A stretch of DNA of 64,000 nt. Source: the human T2T-CHM13v2.0 reference genome, Homo sapiens. How positions within the stretch are numbered: position 1 is the first letter of the stretch; each line of letters opens with the position of its first letter. Location of the stretch: NCBI RefSeq assembly GCF_009914755.1, contig NC_060925.1; one strand, 5' to 3'. The notes under the pieces were generated by a model that saw nothing but the letters and a program-made list of their open reading frames with translations, searched no databases and had not been told where the DNA came from. The translations under genes and the position numbers were made by a program. Of this stretch, positions 1 to 12,209 are shown piece after piece.

Positions 1-3000
1 CTATTTCTGAAGAAGTGTTCAACTCCCTGAGTTCAATTCACACATCACAATGCAGTTTCTGAGAACGCCACTGTCTTGTTTGTTTTTGAAGATAATTCAT
101 TTCCACCGAAATCCACAAACAGCTCCAAATATCAATAAGCAGATTCTACAAAAGTAGTGTTTCAGTACTGCTGTATCAAAAGAAATGTTCAACTCTGTGA
201 GCTGAATGTACACATCAAACAGCAGTTTCTGAGGATGCTTCTGGCAAGCTTGCATGTGAAGATATTTCCTTTTCCCCCATAGGAATGAAATCGCTCCAAA
301 TATCCACTTGCAGATCCTACGAAGAGACTGTTTAAAACAGCTCTCTCAACAGGAAAGTTCAGCTCTGTGAGTTGAATGCACACATCTCAAAGAAGTTCCT
401 GAGAATTCTTCTGTCTAGTTTTTCTGTGAAGATATATGCTTTTCCAACAGAGGATTCAAATCGCTCCAAATATCCACTTGCAGATTCTACAAAAAGACTG
501 TTTCAAAACTGCTCTCTCAAAAGGAAGGTTCAACTCTGTGAGTAGAAGGCATACATCCAAAAGAAGTTTCTGAGAATGCTTCTGCCTAGTTTTTATGTGA
601 AGATGTTTCGTTTTCCACTATAGGCCTCAAAGCACTTCAAATGAACACTTACAGATGCTAGAAAAAGAGTGTTTCAAAACTGCTCTTTCTAAAGAAGTGT
701 TTAATTCTCTTAGTTGAATTCACACATCACAAAGCAGTTTCTGAGAATACTTCTATCTAGTTTTTATTTGAAGATAATTCGTTTACAATGAAATCCCCAA
801 ACAGCTCCAAATATCCATAAGCAGAGTGTACAAAATTAGTGTTTCAGTACTGCTCTATCAAAAGAAATGTTCAACTCTGTGAGTTTAATGCACACATCTC
901 AAACAAGTCCCTTAGAATCCTTCCGTCTAGTTTTTCTGTGAAGAAATTTCCTTTTCCAACATACGCTTCAAATCTCTCCAAATATCCACTTGCAGATTCT
1001 ACAAAAAGTCTGTTTCACAACTGCTCTCTGAAAAGGAAGGTTCAACTCTGTGAGTTGAATGCATGCATCACCAAGTAGTTTGTGAGAATGCTTCTGTCTA
1101 GTTTTTATGTGAAGATGTTTCCTTTTCCACCATAGGCCTCAAAACGCTCCAAATGAACAACTGCAAATTCTAGAAAAACAGTGTTCCAAAACTGCTCTTT
1201 CTAAAGAATGTTCAACTCTCTGAGTTGAATTCACACATCACAAAGCAGTTTCTGAGAATGCTTCTGTCATGTTTTTATTTGAAGTTATCTCATTTCCAAT
1301 GAAATCCTCAAAAAGCTACAAATATCCACGTGCAGATTCTACAAAAGTAGTGTTTCAGTTTTGCCCTAACAAAAGAAATGTTCAACCATGTGAGTTGAAG
1401 GCACACATCAAAAACCAGTTTCTGAGAATCCTTCTGTCAAGCATTTATGTGACGATATTTCCTTTTCCACCATAGGACTGAAATCGCTCCAAATATTCAC
1501 TTGCAGATCCTGCAAAGGGACTGTTTAAACAGCTCTCTCAACAGGAAAGTTCAGCTCTGTGAGTTGAATGCACACATCTCAAACTAGTTCCTGAGAATTC
1601 TTCTGTCTAGTTTTTCTGTGAAGATATTTCCTTTTCCAACATCGGCTGGACATCGCTCCAAATATCCAGTTGCAGATTCTACAAAAAGACTGTTTTGAAA
1701 CTGCTCTCTCAAAAGGAAGGTTCAACTCTGTGAGTAGAATGCATACATCACAAAGAAGTTTCAGAGAATGCTTCTGCCTAGTTTATATATGAAGATATTT
1801 CCTTTCCCTCCATAGTCCTCAGAGCGCTCCAAATGAACACTCTCAGATTCTAGAAAAAGAGAATTTCAAAACTGCACTTTCTAAAGAAGTGTTCACCTCT
1901 CTGAGCTGAATTCACACATCACAAAGCAATTTCTGAGAATGCTTCTGTCTAGTTTTTTTGAAGATAATTCGTTTATAATGAAATCCTCAAACACCTCCAA
2001 ATATCCACAAGCTGATTCTAAAAAAGTAGTGTTTCAGTACTGCTCTATAAAAAGAGATGTTGAACTCTGTGAGTTGAATGTACGCATGAAAAACAAATTC
2101 CTGAGAATGTTTCTGTCTACATTTCTGTGAAGATGTTTCCTTTTCCAACATAGGCATCAAATCGCTCCAAATATCCCCTTGCAGATTCTACCAAAAGACT
2201 GTTTCAAAACTGCTGTCTCAAAAGGAAGCTTCAACTCTGTGAGTTGAATGCATACCTCACAAAGGAGTTTCTGAGAATGCTTCTGCCTAGTTTTTATGTG
2301 AAGAGGTTTCCTTTTCCACCATAGGCCTCGAAGCCCTCCCAGTGAACACTTGCGGATTCTAGAAAAAGAGTGTTTCAAAACTGCACTTTCTAAAGAAGTG
2401 TTCAACTCTCTGAGTTGAATTCACACATCACTAAGAAGTTTCTGAGAATGCTTCTGTCTAATTTTCATTTTAAGTTATCTAGTTTCCAAAGAAATTTTCA
2501 AACATCTCAAATTACCCACAAGCAGATACAACAAAAGTAGTGTTTCAGTACTGCTCTATCAAAAGAGATGTTCAACTCTGTGAGTTGAAGGTACGCATCA
2601 CAAACAAGTTCCTGAGAATGCTTCTGTCTTCATTTCTGTGAACATATTTCCTTTTCCAACATAGGCTTCAAATCGCTCCAAATATTCACTTGCAGATTCT
2701 ACAAAAAGACTGTTTCAAAACTGCTCTCTCAAAAGGAAGGTTCAACTCCGTGAGTAGAATGCATACATCACAGAGAAGTTTCTGAGAATGCTTCTGCCTA
2801 GTTTTTATGTGAAGATGTTTCCCTTTCCACTATAGGCCTCAAAGCACTCCAAATGAACACTTGCAGATCCTTGAAAAATAGTGTTTCAAAACTGCTCTTT
2901 CTAAAGAAGTGTTCAAAACTCTGAGGTGAATTCACACATCACAAAGCAGTTTCCGAGAATGCTTCTATGTAATTTTCATTTGAAGATATCTCATTTCAAA

Positions 3001-6000
3001 TGAAATCCTCAAAGAGCTGCAAATATCCACAAGCAGATTCTCCATTAGTAGTGTTTCAGTACTGCTCTATCAAAAGAAATGTTCAACTCTGTGAGTTGAA
3101 AGCACGCATCTCAAACAAGTTCCTGAGAATGCTTCTTACTAGTTTTTCTTTGAAGACATTTCCTTTTCCAACATAGGCTTCAAATCACCCCAAATATCCA
3201 CTTGTAGATTCTACAAAAAGACTGTTTCTAAACTGCTCTCTCAAAAGGAAGCTTCAACTCTGTGAGGTGAATGCATACATTACAAAGATGTCTCTGAGAA
3301 TGTTTCTGCCTAGTTTTTATGTGAAGATGTTTCCTTGTCCACCATAGGCCTCAAAGAGCTCCAAATGAACACTTGCAGATTCTAGAAGAGGAGTGTTCCA
3401 AAACTGCTCTTTCTAAAGAAGTGTTCAGCTCTCTAAGTTGAATTCACACATCACAAAGCAGTTTCTGAGAAAGCTTCTGTCTAGGTTTCATTTGAAGTTA
3501 TCTCGTTTCCAACGAAATCCTCAAAGAGCTCCAAATATCCACAAGCAGATACTAGAAAAAGAGTGTTTCAAAACTGTTCTTTCTGAAGAAGTGTTCAACT
3601 CTCTGAGTTGAATCAACACATCACAAAGCAGTTTCTGAGAATGCTTCTTTGTAGTTTTGACTTGAAGATATCTCATTTCCAAAGAAATCCTCAAACACTT
3701 CCAAATATACACAAGCAGAATCTACAAAAGTAGTCTTTTAGTACTGTTCTATCAAAAGAAATGTTCAACTCTGTGAGTTGAATGCACACATCACAAACAA
3801 GTTCCTGAGAATGCTTCTGTCTAGTTTTTCTGTGAAGATATTTCATTTTCCAACATAGGCTTGAAATCCCTCCAAATATCCACTAGCAGATTCTACAAAA
3901 AGACTGTTTCAGATCTGCTCTCTCAAAAGAAAGTTTCAACTGTGTGAGTTGAATGCATACATCAGAAAGAAGTTTCTGAGAACGCTTCTGCCTCGATTTT
4001 ATGTGAAGACGTTTCCTTTTCCACCATAGGCCTGATAGTCCTCCAAATGAACACAAGCAATTTCTAGAAAAAGAGTGTTTGAAAACTGCTCTTTCTAAAG
4101 ACGGGTTCAACTCTGTGAGTTGAATTCACACATCACAAAGCAGTTTCTGTGAATGCTTCTCTGCAGTTTATATTTGAAGATATCTCGTTTCCAATGAAAT
4201 CCTCAAACAACTCCAAATATCCATCAGCAGATTCCACAAAAGTAGTGTTTCAGTACTGCTCTATCATAGGAAATATTCAACTCTGTGAGTTGAATGCACA
4301 CATCACAAAACAGTTTCTGAGAATGCTTCTGTCTAGATTTTATGTGAAGGTATTTCCTTTTCCGACATAGGCCTGAAATCGCTACAGATATCCAGTTGCA
4401 GATCCTATTAAGAGACTGTTTTGAAACAGCTCTCTCAACAGGAAGGTTCAGCTCTGTGAGTTGAATGCACACATCACAAACAAGTTCCTGAAAATGTTCC
4501 TATCTACTTTTTCTGTGAAGATATATCCTTTTCCAACATGGGCTTCAAATCGCTCGAAATATCCAATTGCAGATTCTACAAAAAGACTGTTTAAAAACTG
4601 CTCTCTAAAAAGGAAGGTTCAACTCTGTGATTTGAATGCATACATCTCAAAGAAGTTGCTGAAAATGCTTCTGCCTAGTTTTTATGTGAAGATGTTTCCT
4701 TTTCCACGACAGGCCTCGAAGAGCTCCAAATGAGCACTTGCAGATTCTAGAAAAGAGTGTTTCAAAACGGCTCTTTCTAAAGAAGTGTTCAACTCTCTGA
4801 GTTGAATTCACACATCACAAAGCAGTTTCTGAGAATGCTTCTGTCTCGTTTTTATTTGAAGATAATTCGTTTCCAACGAAATCCTCAAACAGCTCCAAAT
4901 ATCCACAAGCAGATTTTACAAAAGCAGTGTTTCAGTACTGCTCTATCAAAAGAAATGTTCAACTCTGTGAGTGGAATGCACACATCACAAACAAGTTCCT
5001 GAGAATGCTTCTGTCTAGTTTTTCTCTGAAGATATTTGCTTTTCCAACATAGCCTTGAAATCTCTCCAAATATACAATTGCAGAACCTACAAAAAGACTG
5101 TTTCAAAACTGCTCTCTCAAATGGAAGGTTCAACTCCGTGAGTTGAATGCATACTTCACAAAGAACTTTCTGAGAATGCTTTTGCCTAGTTTTCAAGTAA
5201 ATATGTTTCCTTTTCCACCATAGGCCTCAAAGCACTCCAAATGAACACTTGCAAATTCTAGAAAAATAGCGTTTCAAAACTGCTCTTTCTAAGGCTGTGT
5301 TCAACACTCTGAGTTGATTTCACACATCACAAATCAGTTTCTGGAATTGCTTCTCTGTAGTTTTGATTAGAAGATATCTCGTTTCCAGAGAAATCCTCAT
5401 ACTGATCCAAATATCCAAAAGCAGATTCTACAAAAGTACTGTTTCAGTACTGCTCTATCAAAAGAAATGTTCAACCCTGTGAGTTGAATGCACACATCTC
5501 AAACAAGTTACTGAGAATGCTTCTGTCAACTTTTTCTGTGACAATATTTCCTTTTCCAACATAGGCTTCAAATCGCTCCAAATATCCACTTGCAGATTCT
5601 ACAAAAAGTCTTTCAAAACTGCTCTCTCAAAAGGAAGGTTCAACTCTGTGAGTTGAATGCATACATCACAAAGAAGTTTCTGGTAGTGTTTCTGCATAGT
5701 TTTTATGTGAAGATGTTTCCTTATCCACCGTAGGCCTCAAAGTGATCCAAAGGAACACTTGCAGATCCTAGAAAAAGAGTGTTTCAAAACTGCTCTTTCT
5801 AAAGAGGTGTTCAAATCTCTCAGTTTAATTCACACACTAGAAAGCATTTTATGAGAATACTTCTCTGTAGTTTTGATTTGAAGATATCTTGTTTCCAACG
5901 AAATCCTCAAAGAGCTCCAAATATCCACAAGCAGATTCTACAAAAGTAGTGTTTCAGTCCTGCTCTATCAAAAGAAATTTCAACTATGTGAGTTGAATGC

Positions 6001-9000
6001 ACACATCAAAAAGCAGTTTCTGAGAATGCTTCTGTCAAGCTTTTATATGAAGATATTTCCTTTTCCACCATAGGCATGAAATCTCTCCAAATATCCACTT
6101 GCAGATCTTACAAAGAGACTGTTTCAAAACAGCTCTCTCAACAGGAAGGTTCAGCTCTGTGTATTGAATGCAAACATCACACACAAGTTCCTGAGAAATC
6201 TTCTGTCTATTTTTTCTGTGAAGATATACCCTTTTCCATCATAGGCTTCAAATGGCTCCAAATATCAACTTGCCGATTTTTCAAGAAGACTGTTTCAAAA
6301 CTGCTCTCTCAAAAGGAAGGTTCAACTCTGTGATTGGAATGCATACATCACAAAGAAGTTTCTGAGAATGCTTCTGCCTAGTTTTTATGTGAAGATGTTT
6401 CCCTTTCCACCTTAGGCCTCAAAGCTCTCCAAATGAACACTTGCAGACTCTTGCAAAATAGTGTTTCAAAACTGCTCTTTCTAAAGAAGTGTTCAACACT
6501 CTGAGTTGAATTCACACATCAAAAAGCAGTTTACGAGAATGCTTCTCAGTAGTTTTGATTTGAAGATATTTCGTTTCCAAGGAAAACCTCAAAGAGCTCC
6601 AAATATCCACAAGCAGATTCTCCATTAGTAGTGTTTCAGTACTGCTCAATCAAAAGAAATGTTCAACTCTGTGAGTTGAATGCACGCATCTGAAAAAAGT
6701 TCCTGAGAGTGATTCCTTCTAGTTTTTCTTTGAAGACATTTTCATTTCCCACATAGGCTTCAAATCACTCCAAATATCCACTTGCAGATTCTGCAAAAAG
6801 ACTGTTTCAAAACTGCTCTCTCAAAAGGAAGTTTCAACTCTGTGATATGAATGCATACATCACAAAGATGTCTCTGAGAATGCTTCTGTCTAGTTTTTAT
6901 GTGAAGATGTTTCCTTGTCCACCCATAGGCCTCAAAGAGCTCCAAATGAACACTTGCAGATTCTAGAAGAGGAGTGTTCCAAAACTGCTCTTTCTAAAGA
7001 AGTGTTCAGCTCTCTGAGTTGAATTCACACATCACAAAGCAGTTTCTGAGAAAGCTTCTGTCTAGGTTTCATTTGAAGTTATCTCGTTTCCAACGAAATC
7101 CTCAAAGAGCTCCAAATATCCACAAGCAGATACTAGAAAAAGAGTGTTTCAAAACTGTTCTTTCTGAAGAAGTGTTCAACTCACTGAGTTGAATTCACAC
7201 ATCACAAAGCAGTTTCTGAGAATGCTTCTCTGTAGTTTTGACTTGAAGATATCTCGTTTCCAACGAAATCCTCAAACACTTCCAAATATACACAAGCAGA
7301 ATCTACAACAGTAGTGTTTCAGTACTGCTCTATCAAAAGAAATGTTCAACTCTGTGAGTTGAATGCACACATCACAAACAAGTTCCTGAGAATGCTTCTG
7401 TCTAGTTTTTCTGTGAAGATATTTCCTTTTCCAACATAGGCTTCAAATCGCTCCAAATAATCACTTGCAGTTTCTACAAAAAGACTGTTTCAAAACCGCT
7501 CTCTCAAAAGGAAGGTTCAACTGTGTCAGTTGAATGCATACATCACAAAGAAGTTTCTGAGAACACTTCTGCCTCGTTTTTATGTGAAGACGTTTCCTTT
7601 TCCACCATAGGCCTGATAGTGCTCCAAATGAACACTAGAAAACTCTAGAAGAGTGTTTCAAAACTGCTCTTTGTAAAGAAGGGTTCAACTTTCTGAGTTG
7701 AATTCACACATCACAAAACTGTTTCTGACAATGTTTCTCTGTAGTTTTTATTTGAAGATATTTCGTTTCCAACGAAATCTTCAAACAGCTCCAAATATCC
7801 ACGAACAGATATTACAAAAGTAGTGTTTCAGTACTGCTCTATCATAGGAAATATTCAACTCTGTGAGTTGAATGTGCACATCACAAAGCAGTTTCTGAGA
7901 ATGCTTCTGTCAAGATTTTATGTGAAGGTATTTCCTTTACCACCATAGGCCTGAAATCGCTCCAGATATCCACTTGCAAATCCTACAAAGAGACTGTTTC
8001 GAAACAGCTCTCTAAACAGGAATTTTCAGCTCTGTGAGTTGTATGCCCACATCACAAACAAGTTCCTGAGAATGCTACTGTCTAGTTTTGCTGTGAAGAT
8101 ATTTCCTTTTCCAACGTAGGCTTCAAATCACTCCAAATATCCACTTGCAGATTCTTCAAAATGACTGTTTCAAAACTGCTCTCTCAAAAGGAAGGTTCAA
8201 CTCTGTGAGTTGAATGCGTACATCACAAAGTTGTTTCTGAGAATGCTTCTCCCTAGTTTTTATGTGAAGATGTTTCCTTTTCCACCATAGGCCTCAAAGG
8301 GCACAAAATGAACACTTTCGGATTCTAGAAAAATAGTGTTTCAAAACTGCTCTTTCACAAGAAGTGTTCAACCCTTTGAGTTGAATTCACACATTACAAA
8401 GCAGTTTCTGAGAATGCTTCTGTCTCTTTTTTATTTGAAGTTACCTCGTTTCCAACGAAATCTTCAAACAGCTCCAAATATCCTCAAGCTGATTCTACAG
8501 AAGTCGTGTTTCAGTACTGCTCTATCAAAAGAAATGTTCATCTCTGTGAGTTGAATGCACACATCACAAAGCAGATTCAATGAATGATTCTGTCAAGCTT
8601 TTATATGAAGATATTTCCTTGTACATCAAAAGCAGGAAATCGCTCGAAATATCCACTCGCAGATCCTACAAAGAGACTGTTTCAAAACAGCTCTATCAAC
8701 AGGAAGGTTCAACTCTGTGAGTTGTATGCAGATATCACAAACAAGTTCCTGAGAATGCTTCTGTCTAGTTTTTCTGGGAGGATATTTCCTTTTCCAAAAT
8801 AGGCTTCAAATTGCTTCAAATAACCACGTGCAGATTCTACAAAAAGACTGTTTCAAAACTGCTCTCTTAAAGGCCGTTTCAACACAGTCTGTGCAATGCA
8901 TACATCACAAATAATTTTCTGAGAATGCTTCTGCCTAGATTATATGTGAAGATGTTTCCTTTTCCACCATAGGCCTCCAAGCGCTCCAAATGAACACTTG

Positions 9001-12000
9001 CAGATTCTAGAAAAATAGTGTTTCAAAACTGCTCTTTCTCATGAAATGTTCAACCCTTTGAGTTGAATTAACATATCACACTGCAGTTTCTGAGAATGCT
9101 TCTGTCTGGTTTTTATTTGAAGTTATCTCATTTCCAACGAAATCTTCAAACAGCTCCAAATATCCTCAAGTAGATTCTTCAGAAGTCGTGTTTCAGTACT
9201 GCTCTATCAAAAGAAATGTTCAACTCTGTGTGTTGAATGCACACATCACAAAGCAGTTTCAGAGAATGCTTCTCTCCAGCTTTTATATGAAGATATTTTC
9301 TTGCCCACCGTAGGTATGAAATCGCTCGAAATATCCACTTGCAGATCCTACAACGAGACTGTTTCAAAACAGCTCTATCAACAGGATTGTTCAACTCTGT
9401 GAGGTGTATGCAGACATCACAAACAAGTTCCTGAGAATGCTTCTGTCTAGTTTTTCTGTGAGGATATTTCCTTTTCCGACATAGGCTTCAAATCGCTAGA
9501 AATATCCAATTGCAGATTCTACAAATAGACTGTTTCAAAACTGCTCTCTCAAAGGAAGGTTCAACTCTGTGTGTACAATGCATACATCATAAAGAAGTTT
9601 CTGAGAATGCTTCTGTCTAGATTATATGTGAAGATGTTTCCGTTTCCAACATAGGCCTCCAAGCACTCCAAATGAATACTTGCAGATCCTAGAAAAAGAG
9701 TGTTTCAAAGTTGCTCTTTCTAAAGAAGTGTTCAACTCTCTGAGTTGAATTCACACATCACAAAGCAGTTTCTCAGCATGCTTCTGTCTAGTTTTTATTT
9801 GAAGTTATCTCGTTTCCAAAGAAATCCTAAAACAGCTCCAAATATACACAAGCAGATTCTACAAAAGTAGTGTTTCAGTACTGCTCTATCAAAAGAAATG
9901 TTCAACTCTGTGAGTTGAATGCACACATAATAAAGCAGTTTCTGAGAATGCTTCTGTTAAGCTTTTATGTGAAGATATTTCCTTTTCCACCATATGCCGG
10001 AAATTGCTCCAAGCATCCACCTACATATCCTGCAAAGAAACTGTTTCTAAACAGCTCTCTCAAGAGGAAGGTGCAGCTCTGTGAGTTGAATGCACACATC
10101 ACAAACAAATTCCTGAGAATGCTTCTGTCTAGTTTTTCTGTGAAGATATTTCCTTTTCCAACATAGGCTTCAAATCGCTCCAAATATCCAATTGCAGATT
10201 CTGCAAAAAGATTGTTTCAAAACTGCTCCCTCAATAGCAAGGTTCAACTCCGTTGGTTGACTTTATACATCACAAAGAAGTTTCTGAGAATGCTTCTGCT
10301 TTGTTTTTATGTGAAGATGTTTACTTTTCCACCATAGGCCTCAAAGAACTCCAAACGAACACTTGCAGATCCAAGAAAAAGAGTATTTCAAAACTGCTCT
10401 TTCTAAAGAAGTGTTCAACTCTCTGAGTTGAATTCACACATCACAAAGCAGTTTCTGAGAATGCTTCTGTCTAGTTTTTATTTGAAGATAATTCGTTTCC
10501 AGCAAAATACACAAAGAACTCCAAATATCCACAAGCAGATTCCACAAAATTAGTGTTTCAGTACTGCGGTATCAAAAGAAATGTTCAGCTCTGTGAGTTG
10601 AATGCTCACATCACAAACAAGTTCCTGATAATGCTTCTGTCTACTTTTACTGTGAAGATATTTCCTTTTCCTACATAGGCTTCAAATCGCTCCAAATATC
10701 CACTTGCAGATTCTACAAAAAGACTGTTTCAAAACCGCTCTCTCAAAAGGAGGGATCAACTCTGTGAGTTGAATACGTACATCACAAAGTAGTTTCTGAG
10801 AAACCTTCTGCCTAGTTTTTATGTGAAAAAGTTTCCTTTTCCACCACAGGACTCAAAGCACACCAAATGAACACTTGCAGATTGTTTAACAAGAGGGTTT
10901 CAAAACTGCTCTTTCTCAAGAAGTGTTCAAAGCTTTGAGTTGAATTCACACATCACAAAGCAGTTTCTGATAATGCTTCTGTCTGGTTTTTATTTGAAGT
11001 TATCCCGTTTCCAATGAAATCTTCAAATAGCCCCAAATATCCACAAGCAGATTCTACAGAAGTCGTGTTTCAGTACTGCTCTATCAAAAGAAATGTTCAT
11101 CTCTGTGAGTTGAATGCACACATCACAAAGCAGATTCAATGAATGATTCTGTCAAGCTTTTATATGAAGATATTTCCTTGTACATCAAAAGCAGGAAATC
11201 GCTTGAAATATCCACTTGCAGATCCTACAAAGAGACTGTTTCAAAACAGCTCTATCAACAGGAAGGTTCAACTCTGTGAGTTGAATGCAGACATCACAAA
11301 CGAGTTCCTTAGAATGCTTCTGTCTAGTTTTCCTGTGAGGATATTTACTTTTCCTAAATAGGCTTCAAATCGCTTCAACTATCCACTTGCAAATTCTACA
11401 AAAAGACTGTTTCAAAACTGCTCTCTCAAAGGAAGTTTAAACTCCGTGTGTACAATGCATATATCACAAAGAAGTTTCTGAGAATGCTTCTGTCTAGATT
11501 ATATGTGAAGATATTTCCTTTTCCACCATAGGCATCCAAGCGCTCCAAATGAACACTTGCAGATTCTAGAAAAAAGTGATTCAAAACTGCTCTTTCTAAA
11601 GTGGTGTTCAACTCTCTGAGTTGAATTCACACATCACAACGCAGTTTCTCAGCATGTTTCTGTCTAGTTTTTATTTGCAGTTATCTCGTTTCCAAGATAT
11701 CCTCAAAGAGATCCAAATATCCACAAGCAGATTCTACAAAAGTAGTGTTTCAGTACTGCCCTATCAAAAGAAATATTCAACTCTGTGAGTTGAATGCACA
11801 CATAATAAAGCAGTTTCTGAGAATGCTTCTGTCAAGCTTTTATGTGAAGATAATTCCTTTTCCACCATAGGCCTGAAATTGCTCCAAACATCCACTTACA
11901 TATCCTACAAAGAGACTGTTTCTAAACAGTTCTCTCAACAGGAAGATTCAGCTCTGTGAGTTGAATGCACACAACAAAAACAAGTTCCTGAGAATGCTTC

Positions 12001-12209
12001 TGTCTAGTTTTTCTGTGAAGATATTTCCTTTTCCAACATAGGCTTCAAATCGCTAGAAATATCCAATTGCAGATTCTAGGAAGGAAGGAATGTTCAAGGA
12101 AGGAAGGTTCAAGGAAGGAAGGAAGATTCAGAAGTAAGGTTCAACTCCTCAGAAGTTTAACTCCTCAGAAGACGGTTCAAAACTGCTCTCTCAGAAGGAA
12201 GGTTCAACT
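1..12209 (-). repeat. Alpha satellite array, diverged, with degenerate 3-mer/4-mer higher-order structure
   Basis: TTTCTGAGAATGCTTCTG and TTCAACTCTGTGAGTTGAATGCAC recur every ~170-171 bp. Four monomer classes are recognisable (D: ctttctaaagaagtg; A: agtagtgtttcagtactg; B: acagctctctcaacagg; C: ctctctcaaaaggaagg) in DABC/DAC order. Confidence 0.98.
12079..12166. other. Patchwork (templated) insertion next to inversion breakpoint
   Basis: The monomer is interrupted after gcagattcta by ggaaggaaggaatgttcaaggaaggaaggttcaaggaaggaaggaagattcagaagtaaggttcaactcctcagaagtttaactcctc, which is built from pieces of the adjacent tcagaaggaaggttcaact (12191-12209). Confidence 0.85.

Noticed and set aside
180-215. 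Imperfect palindrome ttcaactctgtgagttgaa as a terminator or hairpin element
   Set aside because: It is a standard dyad symmetry in nearly every alpha monomer and not specific to this locus.
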